Below, one piece after another: positions 1 to 8,714 of a stretch of DNA of 64,000 nt. This DNA comes from Bacteroidaceae bacterium (GTDB taxonomy: Bacteria; Bacteroidota; Bacteroidia; Bacteroidales; Bacteroidaceae): positions 20,553 to 84,552 of the forward strand of contig CAVHYP010000001.1 in the NCBI GenBank assembly GCA_963640465.1. Reading direction: 5' to 3'. The translations under genes and the position numbers were made by a program. The stretch's first letter is position 1. Each line of letters starts with the position of its first letter. Below the pieces are notes generated by a model. That model had not been told where the DNA came from. It ran no database searches and saw nothing but the letters and a program-made list of their open reading frames with translations.

Positions 1-1667
1 TCGATGGCACTGAGGTAGTCTTTCATGCACTGACCGCCATAGTTGGTGCTGATTTCCTCGTTCCATTGTGAACCGAACCCAGGAAGACCTCGACGGTTGG
101 GGGCTACGACCACATAGCCGTTGGCTGCCATTGTCATCATGTTCCATCGGTAGCTCCAGAACTGACTGACCGGACTTTGTGGTCCGCCTTCGCAGAAGAG
201 CAGGGTAGGGTACTTCTTGCTTTTGTCGAAGTTGGGGGGAAGGATAATCCATGAGAGGAGGTCTTTGCCGTCGGTGGTCTTCGACCAGCGTGGCATCACG
301 TCTCCCCATGCCACGTTCTCCTTGAAGTATTTGTTTTCGTTGGTCACCTGGCGTGGTTCGCCACTGTATGCATTAACGAAATAAAGCTCGGGTGCTTCCT
401 TCATTGACTGGCGCGGACAAATGAGGTCTTTGCCGCAGAGTGCCACTCCGGTGTAGTCGTACTGTCCTTTGGTAAGTTTGAATACTTCGCCATAGAGGTT
501 TGTGCGGTAGACATGGGTTTCTCCATGCCATACTCCAGTGAAGTAGATGACATCGGTGGTTGTGCCCCAGCAATAGGTGTCGACGTTGCTGTCGAACTTC
601 TCAGTGACATATTTCTTCTTACCGGTGGTAAGGTCATAGATGCAGAGGCGGTTGCGGTCGCTCTCGTATCCGTCGTGCTTCATACTTTGCCATGCAATGT
701 ATTTGCCGTCGGGAGAGAAGCGTGGATTGGTGTCGTAGCCAAGGTTGAGGTCTCCGCTCTGCTGGTTCACAGCCTGGTCCTTCAGCGATTTGGTGTAGTC
801 TACCTTTGGTGCTACATATCCTTCGGGCTTGCAGAGGTTTTTTGTCTTGCCGGTTGCCAGGTCGTAGAGATAGATGTCGGAGTCTGTGCTTGTGGCATAG
901 TCGAGTCCTGTCTTCTTTCTGCAGGTGTAGGCAATCTGTCGTGAGTCGTTGCTCCATGCCAGTTGTTCCACTCCTCCGAATGGTTTCATAGGACATTCGT
1001 ACGGTTCTCCTTCAAGAATGTCGGTGACGGACTCTGAGACCTTTTCGCCATCGAAGTCTGCAATGAACGGATGTGGTATGTTCTCTACATATTCATCCCA
1101 GTGGCGGAATATCACTTCATCGATTACTTTCCCCGATGCCTTGTCGAGATCGGGGTAAAGGTCTGCAGTTCTCTCACCATACTTGACAGACTGTATGATC
1201 AATACTTTCTTCCCGTCGGGAGAGAAGTCATAGTCGTCGATACTGTTCTTCAGGAAAGAAATCTGTTTTCGGTCGCTTCCGTCGTTGTTCATCATCCACA
1301 GTTGGCTTATTCCGTCGTTGTCGGCTGCGAGGAATGCAATCTTTGCACCTTTATATATATATTTAGGCGCATTCTCGCTTCCACTGCCTTGCGTGAGCAA
1401 ACGTTCGCCTGTGCCGTCGGCATTGATGGTGTAGATGACTGTGTGGCTTTTGTTCTTTGCCACACTGTAATAACTCACATTGTAGACTATGGATTTCCCG
1501 TCGGGTGATATGTCGTAGCTGCCTATGCGTCCCATCGCCCAAAGGACTTCAGGGGTGAGCCTGCCGTTGCTGATGGCTGGCTGCTGTCTGCCTATCACGT
1601 TGCTGTCTGCCTGAATATTCGTTGTAGCCATAGTCAGAAGCACTAATCCGAATATGATTCTTTTCAC
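1..1667 (-). CDS. S9-family serine peptidase with N-terminal beta-propeller (prolyl oligopeptidase / acylaminoacyl-peptidase type); C-terminal end lies beyond the left window edge
   Basis: The minus-strand frame is open from position 1 up to GTG at 1667-1665, with an in-frame ATG at 1631. It is absent from the ORF track because it has no stop inside the window. My translation begins VKRIIFGLVLLTMATTNIQA (signal-like). It shows recurring propeller-type motifs YDISPDGKS / DFSPDGKK / RFSPDGKY, then LLFCEGGPQSPVSQFWSYRWNMMTMAANGYVVVAPNRRGLPGFG (start of the alpha/beta-hydrolase domain). The catalytic Ser is not in the window. Confidence 0.7.
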   Translation of the reverse strand, partial: MKRIIFGLVLLTMATTNIQADSNVIGRQQPAISNGRLTPEVLWAMGRIGSYDISPDGKSIVYNVSYYSVAKNKSHTVIYTINADGTGERLLTQGSGSENAPKYIYKGAKIAFLAADNDGISQLWMMNNDGSDRKQISFLKNSIDDYDFSPDGKKVLIIQSVKYGERTADLYPDLDKASGKVIDEVIFRHWDEYVENIPHPFIADFDGEKVSESVTDILEGEPYECPMKPFGGVEQLAWSNDSRQIAYTCRKKTGLDYATSTDSDIYLYDLATGKTKNLCKPEGYVAPKVDYTKSLKDQAVNQQSGDLNLGYDTNPRFSPDGKYIAWQSMKHDGYESDRNRLCIYDLTTGKKKYVTEKFDSNVDTYCWGTTTDVIYFTGVWHGETHVYRTNLYGEVFKLTKGQYDYTGVALCGKDLICPRQSMKEAPELYFVNAYSGEPRQVTNENKYFKENVAWGDVMPRWSKTTDGKDLLSWIILPPNFDKSKKYPTLLFCEGGPQSPVSQFWSYRWNMMTMAANGYVVVAPNRRGLPGFGSQWNEEISTNYGGQCMKDYLSAI

Positions 1668-1668
1668 G

Positions 1669-3603
1669 TTACTGTTTTTTGTTGTGTTGTTTTCTTTGCT
1701 GTTCTTCCTGCTGTTGGCGGAGTACTTCCTGTTGCTTTTCAGCCATTGCCTGGAGGCGCTCCATCATGGAAAATGTCTTTCTGACTCCACTGTTGTTTGC
1801 CTTGCGCTCCTGATGACGTTTCTCCAGTTGTGCAAGCAGCTTCTTGTCGTCAGTGGTCTTGCGGAGGTACCACATCATGAGGATGGAGATGAGTCCGGAC
1901 ACGAAGTAGTAGTAGTTGAGTCCTGATGAGTAGTCGTTGAAGGTGAAGAAGAAAATGAGTGGCATGAGGTATGAAAGCCATTGCATCATCTTCATCTGCT
2001 GTGCCTGGTCGGGACTCATGCTGTCGCGCTGCTGTCGCATGCTTATCCATGTGTTGGCAACGGTTGACAAGCACCAGAGGATACAGAAGAGGCTCAGGTG
2101 GTTTCCGATTCCCCAGATGTGTGTGCCCCAGTTGATGATGTCGTCATAAGTACTGAGGTCGTCTGCCCAGAGGAATGACTGTCCGCGCAGTTCAATGGCG
2201 TTTGGTATGAAGTTGAAGAGTGCAATCCAGATTGGCATCTGAATGAGCATTGGCAAGCATCCTCCCATAGGGCTTACTCCGTATTCTGAATAGAGCTTCA
2301 TGGTTTCTTGCTGGCGCTGCATTGCATCTTCCTGCTTCGGGTATTTCTTGCTTATCTCCTCCACTTTCGGACGAAGCACACGCATGCGTGCTGAAGAAAG
2401 GTAACTCTTGCGCATCAGTGGGAACACTGCCAGCTTGATGACCAGTGTCAAGATGAGGAGCACGATACCCATGTTGATGCCCCAGCTTGTGAGGAAGTCG
2501 AAGAAGTAAAGCATGAAGAACCGGTTGATGTACTTGATGAGTGGCCATCCCAGATAGACGATGCTTTGCAAGTCGAGGTCGTTGTTTGTGGTATCAATGA
2601 ATTTCTCGTTGGCGCTCAGTGTGGAGAACTTGTTCGGTCCGAGGTACATGCGCAGACATGTAGGCTCGTCGCCATGTGGGTCGAACTCTGTGGTGAGTTC
2701 TGCTGTGTAGGTCTTCAGATAACCGTTGCATGATTCTTCCTTGAACTGTGTAGATGTCAGTCGAGTGGGTATGAACTTCTTGTCGGAGATGAGCACTTGG
2801 CTGAAGAACTGCGTCTTGAATGCCACCCACTGGAGATTCTCGTCATCGTCGAATTCAGTCTCGTCCTTGTCGCCTCCGGTGGAACTCAGTTCGTCGGTAT
2901 CACCGTCGATGGTACGTGTGGTGATTGAACTGTGATAGTTCTCGAACTGGAATCCTTTTTCTTGTCGGCGCATTCTCTCGTTCCAGACGATGTCGAAGGT
3001 GCGAGTCTTTGTGGAGAAGAATCCGTCGAGGTTGTGTGCCGCGATATCCATCTTCAGGATGTAGGAGCCGGGAATCAGTGCGTAGGAGATGTCGATGCTT
3101 CCTTTGCCTACTGGTAGGGACATTACGACGCTGCTGTCTGTGACTAGCTTTGGAGTAAAGTAGAGGCGGTCGGTCTCGATGTTGCAGTCTTTGCCGTCGA
3201 AAAGCAACTGCATGTTAGAGTCGTCCTTGTCGAACAGTACGACTTGACCTCCCTCTTGGCTCTTGTAGGTCTTGTCCTTGAGCTCGGCACGTGCAACCTG
3301 ACCACCTTTGTTGTTGATGGTTACTTTGAGCAACTCGTTTTCCAGTACTGTGGTTCCTTCGTTTATCTGACGAGCATGGAAAAGTACATTGGAGGAGTCT
3401 GTCATTTCCTGAATCTCCTTCATTGCCTTTTTCTCTGCCTCTATATTGGCAATACTGTCAGACTTCTGCTGGGCGATGGCTTCCACCATCTGCACCCTTT
3501 GCTGTTGTACAGCTCTGTCCTTACGGGTCGCATTGTCATAGAACATGAATCCGAACAATACGGCTACCATCAGGACAAAGCCAATAATAGTTCTCTTGTC
3601 CAA
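1669..3603 (-). CDS. yidC: membrane protein insertase YidC (long Bacteroidetes form)
   Basis: 644 aa. N-terminal TM (IIGFVLMVAVLFGFMFY), a large periplasmic domain, and the C-terminal insertase core (GCLPMLIQMPIWIALFNF, LSYLMPLIFFFTF) followed by a basic tail. Confidence 0.9.
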   Translation of the reverse strand: MDKRTIIGFVLMVAVLFGFMFYDNATRKDRAVQQQRVQMVEAIAQQKSDSIANIEAEKKAMKEIQEMTDSSNVLFHARQINEGTTVLENELLKVTINNKGGQVARAELKDKTYKSQEGGQVVLFDKDDSNMQLLFDGKDCNIETDRLYFTPKLVTDSSVVMSLPVGKGSIDISYALIPGSYILKMDIAAHNLDGFFSTKTRTFDIVWNERMRRQEKGFQFENYHSSITTRTIDGDTDELSSTGGDKDETEFDDDENLQWVAFKTQFFSQVLISDKKFIPTRLTSTQFKEESCNGYLKTYTAELTTEFDPHGDEPTCLRMYLGPNKFSTLSANEKFIDTTNNDLDLQSIVYLGWPLIKYINRFFMLYFFDFLTSWGINMGIVLLILTLVIKLAVFPLMRKSYLSSARMRVLRPKVEEISKKYPKQEDAMQRQQETMKLYSEYGVSPMGGCLPMLIQMPIWIALFNFIPNAIELRGQSFLWADDLSTYDDIINWGTHIWGIGNHLSLFCILWCLSTVANTWISMRQQRDSMSPDQAQQMKMMQWLSYLMPLIFFFTFNDYSSGLNYYYFVSGLISILMMWYLRKTTDDKKLLAQLEKRHQERKANNSGVRKTFSMMERLQAMAEKQQEVLRQQQEEQQRKQHNKKQ

Positions 3604-3616
3604 GTTGATGTGTGTT

Positions 3617-5377
3617 TTATTTGTCTTTTATGTCTATCTTTATACTTAACTCGTCGAGTTGCTTTTGGTCGAGTGCAGCAGGAGCATCAAGCATGACATC
3701 GCGTCCGCTGTTGTTCTTTGGGAATGCAATGCAGTCACGGATTGAATCGAGTCCGGCGAAGATGCTTACCCAACGGTCGAGTCCGTAGGCAAGTCCTCCG
3801 TGTGGCGGTGCTCCGTATTTGAATGCATTCATGAGAAAACCGAACTGTTCCTGTGCTTTTTCGGGGGTGAAGCCCAGTATCTCGAACATCTTTGCCTGCA
3901 GCTTCGGGTCGTGGATACGTATTGAACCGCCGCCTACTTCAATGCCGTTGCATACCATGTCGTAGGCATCGGCGCGTACGTCTTCTGGTTTTGTGTCGAG
4001 CAATGGAATGTCTTCGTTCATAGGGTGAGTGAACGGATGGTGCATTGCCATGAGTCGGTTCTCTTCGTCGCTCCATTCGAACATCGGGAATTCTGTAACC
4101 CAAAGCAGTGCGAACTTGTTTTTGTCGCGGAGCCCGAGACGGTTGCCCATCTCCAGTCGCAGTTCACACAGTTGCTTTCTTGTCTTCATGGCATCGTCGC
4201 CGCTAAGGATGAGAATGAGGTCGCCAGGGTTGGCATTCATCTTCTGTTTGAGTGCCTGGAGCTGTTCCTGAGTGTAGAACTTGTCGACACTTGACTTCAC
4301 GCTTCCATCGTCCTGGACACGTGCATATACGAGTCCTTTTGCTCCAATTTGCGGACGTTTCACGAAGTCGGTGAGCTGGTCAATCTGTTTGCGTGTGTAG
4401 GCTGCACATCCGGGTGCGCAGATACCTCCGATATATTTTGCATCGTCGAACACTGCAAATGTACCGAGCTGAAGGGTGTCCATCAGTTCCACGAACTCCA
4501 TGCCGAATCGCATGTCGGGCTTGTCGCTACCGAAACGTGTCATGGCTTCAATCCACGGCATACGCAGGAACGGCTCGTTGAGTTCAATTCCGCGGATTAC
4601 CTTGAACAGGTGCTTTGCCATACCTTCGAATGTCTGGATGATGTCTTCCTGGGTTACGAACGACATCTCGCAGTCAATCTGTGTGAATTCGGGCTGTCGG
4701 TCTGCACGAAGGTCCTCGTCGCGGAAGCATTTTGCTATTTGGAAATAACGGTCGAAACCTGCTACCATCAATAGTTGTTTCAGTGTCTGCGGACTCTGTG
4801 GCAGTGCATAGAACTGTCCTTTGTTCATTCTTGACGGAACAACGAAGTCACGTGCTCCTTCTGGTGTGCTGCCAATGAGTACCGGAGTTTCCACCTCAAT
4901 GAATCCGAGGTTGGAGAGATAGTTGCGGATTTCGATACACATCTTGTGGCGCAACTCCAGGTTGCTGCGCACTGACGGACGTCGAAGGTCGAGGTAGCGG
5001 TATTTCATTCTGATGTCGTCGCCACCGTCTGTATTGTCTTCTATGGTGAATGGTGGAGTGTCACTTGCATTCAGCACTGTGAGTTGGCCTACAATAATCT
5101 CAATGTCACCTGTCGGCATATTGGGGTTTTTGCTGTACCGCTCGTTGACGGTTCCCTTTACTTGGATGACATACTCACGGCCCAATTTGTTTGCTTCATC
5201 GCATAATGCCGCATTAACTTCTTCATTGAATACAAGTTGTGTGATGCCATAACGGTCACGTAAGTCTACGAATGTCATGCCGCCCATCTTTCGTGTGCGC
5301 TGCACCCATCCTGCAAGGGTGACTGTCTTCCCAGCATCAGCAAGACGCAATTCTCCACATGTGTGTGATCTGTACAT
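3617..5377 (-). CDS. aspS: aspartate--tRNA ligase
   Basis: 586 aa. N-terminal OB fold ([11 protein letters not shown]...[22 protein letters not shown]) and class II motifs ([32 protein letters not shown]). Confidence 0.95.
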   Translation of the reverse strand: MYRSHTCGELRLADAGKTVTLAGWVQRTRKMGGMTFVDLRDRYGITQLVFNEEVNAALCDEANKLGREYVIQVKGTVNERYSKNPNMPTGDIEIIVGQLTVLNASDTPPFTIEDNTDGGDDIRMKYRYLDLRRPSVRSNLELRHKMCIEIRNYLSNLGFIEVETPVLIGSTPEGARDFVVPSRMNKGQFYALPQSPQTLKQLLMVAGFDRYFQIAKCFRDEDLRADRQPEFTQIDCEMSFVTQEDIIQTFEGMAKHLFKVIRGIELNEPFLRMPWIEAMTRFGSDKPDMRFGMEFVELMDTLQLGTFAVFDDAKYIGGICAPGCAAYTRKQIDQLTDFVKRPQIGAKGLVYARVQDDGSVKSSVDKFYTQEQLQALKQKMNANPGDLILILSGDDAMKTRKQLCELRLEMGNRLGLRDKNKFALLWVTEFPMFEWSDEENRLMAMHHPFTHPMNEDIPLLDTKPEDVRADAYDMVCNGIEVGGGSIRIHDPKLQAKMFEILGFTPEKAQEQFGFLMNAFKYGAPPHGGLAYGLDRWVSIFAGLDSIRDCIAFPKNNSGRDVMLDAPAALDQKQLDELSIKIDIKDK

Positions 5378-5447
5378 AATGGTATATTTATCTGTTTCTT
5401 TTAATCTGACGTATAACTATTCTGTTAGGGTAGTTATCTTAAACATG

Positions 5448-5455
5448 CAAAGTTA
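5448..5455 (-). promoter_or_regulatory. candidate -7 promoter box (TAACTTTG) for aspS
   Basis: Matches the Bacteroidetes sigma-A -7 consensus TAnnTTTG on the minus strand, about 70 nt upstream of the aspS ATG. Confidence 0.4.
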
Positions 5456-5569
5456 ACCAAAATAATTGGTTCTCATTGTACGGATAAAGGAAAAAGCGAC
5501 TTTGATGGGTGAAAATCATCGTTTCATGCCAAGAAATGCTCTTCATGCTTGCTTTCATTGTATTGTTCA

Positions 5570-5659
5570 GATACGTCCGGTTGTCTGAGCCGATACGTCC
5601 GGTTGCCTGAACCGATACGTCCGGTTGTCTGAACCGATACGTCTGGTTGCCCTGTAACC
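5570..5659. repeat. tandem array, 4 x 22 bp (GATACGTCCGGTTGTCTGAACC; repeat family 1)
   Basis: Unit starts at 5570, 5592, 5614 and 5636. Copies 1-3 differ by 1-2 nt and copy 4 is slightly degenerate. The array ends 14 nt from the stop codon (5674-5676) of the BamA/TamA-like gene. Confidence 0.9.
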
Positions 5660-5673
5660 TTCAGACAAATAAC

Positions 5674-8004
5674 TTAGAATGGCAGACCGACAGCAAAGTG
5701 GAGCGCAAAGTCTCTGTCGAAATTGGGGTGTATAATAGGGTAGTGGAGTTGTCCGGTGTATGCAGGGTTGATGGCTTTCATACCTGCATCGAACCGAAGG
5801 ATGAAGAAGTCGAGATTCATGCGAAGTCCGATGCCGTAGGAAAAGGCAATCTGCTTGTAGAACTCACTGAACTTGAATACGCCTCCCGGCTGATCTTTAT
5901 AGTCGCGAATGGTCCAGATGTTGCCTCCGTCGATGAATAGTGCACCGTTGATTTTCCAGAAAAGGAAGGCTCGATACTCGAGACTCAAGTCGAGCTTGAT
6001 GTCTCCCGATTGGTTGATGAAGTTGATGCCATTGTCTGCTCCGTTGTATTTGCCTGGTCCGAGCGAACGGACTGACCATCCTCTCACGCTGTTGGCTCCA
6101 CCTGCAAAATATCGTTTCTCGAAGGGCAGTATGTTGGAGTTCCCGTAAGGATAGGCAATGCCGAATGCTGTGTGTATGGCGACAGAGTTGTTCTTGTCAA
6201 TCCTGAAACTCTTGGAAAAGTCGAAGTCTCCCTTCACGTATTGTGCATAGGCAATGCCACAGAATGTCCGCTGACCTTCGTTGTTGGTTTTTGTGTCGAC
6301 CAACCTTGTCAGCAGACCAAGCACATTGCCTGATGTCTCCACATTGGCTTTCAGTGTGTAGGCATTCTTTCCGTATGTGGTTGTGGCTGATGTACCGAGT
6401 GAGTTATAGGTATATGTGTATCCCAGTTTGGTAATCAACAGGTTCTCGTAATTGTACTTCAATATTGCGTTGGTCTTGCCCAGTGAATCGAGGTAAGCCT
6501 CCTTGAATGTCGTGGAAATCCATGGCATGTAGACATAGTTGACTTCAAGCAGGTCGAACCGGTGGCTTGATTTCTGGTCAATGCTGTTCCATCTGTATCT
6601 CCATGCGGCAGTGAGGACTCGCCGGTTGAATTCGGGCCGGTTCTGCATGTTGTACTGCAGTGAAATCTCTGACGTGGCATTGTGTGTGGCACCGAATTCC
6701 TTACTTACTACCGGGAGCAGGAAACCGGGGAAACCAAGGGTCATCTCTCCTCCCACTTCGATGTAGTTGTGTCCTTCGTATCCGTCTAGACCGGTGATTG
6801 CTTCATAGGCTCCGCGCAGTTTGAATGTCAGTGTCTCTGAACCTTTGAACAGGTTCTTGTGCTGGAGTGATGTGCTTGCAGCAATACCAAGGTCGCCTGC
6901 AGAGTTTGTTCCTTCAAGATTGAGGTTGATGGATTTGGACGCGGCATGGTTGAGGACAATGTTGCAGTTCAGCCAACCATTGTGGTTGGTTGTGTCCTCT
7001 TCTATCTTTATATTGGAATATGCAATTGCTTTCAGGCGTGTGAAGTACTTGTAGGTGAGCGATTGCATCCTTCCGTTGAATAGGTCTCCTGTCTTCAACA
7101 GTGTGTTTGAAGTGAGCAGATTGGGACGAAACCTCAGTTTGTCGGAGTAGTAGATGTTTGCTCCTTTATGTTGCTCCTTGTCCAACTGAAGGGTGTCGGT
7201 GATGCCATTGGTGTCTACAAAATAGTTGATTCTGTTTATGCGGTACTGTTTGTGGTTCTCTGGATTCGACCTTCCGTTCTCAAGATGCAGATGCACGTTC
7301 ATCGTGATGTTGACTTCGGTGCTTTGTGCACAGGTGTCGGCAATGAATGTGATGTACTCTTTGTTGAACTTGTAGTAGCCGTTGGCGCGCAGTGTCGATG
7401 TGATGCGGTTGCGCTCTTCGTTTAGCAGGTTGATGTTGAACGGAATGCCTTCCTGCAACAATGACTGGGCAGTGTCTTCACCACAGATGAAGTTGCTCAA
7501 TGATGTGTCCAGTACATTCCGCCGTATCTTGCGTATTGTGTATTGTTTGCCTGGCACGACTACGTAGGTCAGTGACAGTTTCTTCCCTTTTATGTCTTTG
7601 GCTGGAGTGACGTATGATTGCATGTAGCCCTCATTGTAGAGGACCTGCTTGATGTCCATTGCAGTCTTCTCTGTCTTCAGGCTGTCGTACAACACGGGGG
7701 CCTCACCTAACTTATGGAAGAACTGTGTTGCCCAGCTGGTTGAATCAACACCTCCCATGCAGTAAATCTTAAGTGGAATCTTTGCACCAAACCATTTTCT
7801 GTTAGGCGCTTGTTGCACATAGCCTGAGAGTTCCAACCCTTTGGTGGCTTTGTTGTCAACCGAAACTACGTTTACATCCTTGAGATACAACATGTCATCA
7901 GATATATAGCGGTCAACGGTACAAGAGTGTATCACTGACAAGAGCAGCAATACAATTAGTTGTACGTAGATGAAAGCTGATGGTCTGATGTGTCTGTTTG
8001 TCAT
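5674..8004 (-). CDS. BamA/TamA-family outer membrane protein (surface antigen D15 type)
   Basis: ORF 5674..8028. The C-terminus ends ...HFAVGLPF (aromatic OMP terminus), and the C-terminal half has alternating beta-strand character with G/Y/N-rich loops. I prefer the start at 8004 (MTNRHIRPSAFIYVQLIVLLLLSV), which makes an ATGA stop/start overlap with the upstream gene. Confidence 0.75.
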   Translation of the reverse strand: MTNRHIRPSAFIYVQLIVLLLLSVIHSCTVDRYISDDMLYLKDVNVVSVDNKATKGLELSGYVQQAPNRKWFGAKIPLKIYCMGGVDSTSWATQFFHKLGEAPVLYDSLKTEKTAMDIKQVLYNEGYMQSYVTPAKDIKGKKLSLTYVVVPGKQYTIRKIRRNVLDTSLSNFICGEDTAQSLLQEGIPFNINLLNEERNRITSTLRANGYYKFNKEYITFIADTCAQSTEVNITMNVHLHLENGRSNPENHKQYRINRINYFVDTNGITDTLQLDKEQHKGANIYYSDKLRFRPNLLTSNTLLKTGDLFNGRMQSLTYKYFTRLKAIAYSNIKIEEDTTNHNGWLNCNIVLNHAASKSINLNLEGTNSAGDLGIAASTSLQHKNLFKGSETLTFKLRGAYEAITGLDGYEGHNYIEVGGEMTLGFPGFLLPVVSKEFGATHNATSEISLQYNMQNRPEFNRRVLTAAWRYRWNSIDQKSSHRFDLLEVNYVYMPWISTTFKEAYLDSLGKTNAILKYNYENLLITKLGYTYTYNSLGTSATTTYGKNAYTLKANVETSGNVLGLLTRLVDTKTNNEGQRTFCGIAYAQYVKGDFDFSKSFRIDKNNSVAIHTAFGIAYPYGNSNILPFEKRYFAGGANSVRGWSVRSLGPGKYNGADNGINFINQSGDIKLDLSLEYRAFLFWKINGALFIDGGNIWTIRDYKDQPGGVFKFSEFYKQIAFSYGIGLRMNLDFFILRFDAGMKAINPAYTGQLHYPIIHPNFDRDFALHFAVGLPF

Positions 8005-8714
8005 TGTCTTCTTCTGAATTCGGAGCAAACGATAGCCGTTGCAATTGCTACATTGAGGGATTCTCCTGTCTGTCGGTCTGTAGGATAATTGGGAATGAAC
8101 AATCGGCAGGTAACCTTGGATTCTACATCTGCGGATATACCATGTCCTTCGTTGCCCATTACGATGAGTCCGGTGACGGTCAATTCTGTGTCGTATATGT
8201 TCGTACCGTTGAGGAATGTCCCGTATATCGGGACTGCTGTGCCCATGCTGTCAATCATGGATGGAAGGTCGCAGTAGTGGATATGTGTGCGTGCCATCCC
8301 TCCCATTGTTGCCTGCACCACTTTGGGATTGTAGATGTCTGCGCTTCCTTTCGAACAGAATATATGTTCGATGCCGAACCAGTCTGCCAATCGAATTATG
8401 GTTCCCATGTTTCCGGGATTTTGTACATCGTCAAGTGCAAGGCACAACTGTGATTCGGGCAGGCTGAAGCAATTGTCCTGTTCTTCCCGTTGCTTGAATA
8501 TCGCCAACAGACCTTGCGGATTGTCTTGAAAACTAAGCCTATTCGCATCGTCACCTTCAAACAGGTCAATTAGTTCGAAACTGCCTTTGAGATCATTGAT
8601 GAGCTTGGGACCTTCGGCTACAAACATGCCATACTTGTCGCGGAACTTCTTGTGCTCAAGGCTTCGTATGTACTTTATTTGGTTTTTACTGATCATTTCC
8701 TTTGGTTGTTGCAA
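8001..8714 (-). CDS. TrmH/SpoU-family RNA 2'-O-methyltransferase
   Basis: 237 aa. SpoU motifs are present: VQNPGNMGTIIRLADWFG, LIVMGNEGHGIS and IPNYPTDRQTGESLNVAIATAI. Confidence 0.8.
   Translation of the reverse strand: MQQPKEMISKNQIKYIRSLEHKKFRDKYGMFVAEGPKLINDLKGSFELIDLFEGDDANRLSFQDNPQGLLAIFKQREEQDNCFSLPESQLCLALDDVQNPGNMGTIIRLADWFGIEHIFCSKGSADIYNPKVVQATMGGMARTHIHYCDLPSMIDSMGTAVPIYGTFLNGTNIYDTELTVTGLIVMGNEGHGISADVESKVTCRLFIPNYPTDRQTGESLNVAIATAIVCSEFRRRQ

Noticed and set aside
5570-5659. The 4 x 22-bp arrays (also 57792-57879) as plasmid- or phage-type iterons or a replication origin
   Set aside because: There is no rep, par, dnaA or integrase gene nearby and no adjacent AT-rich unwinding element. 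The arrays are embedded between chromosomal housekeeping genes, directly after stop codons.
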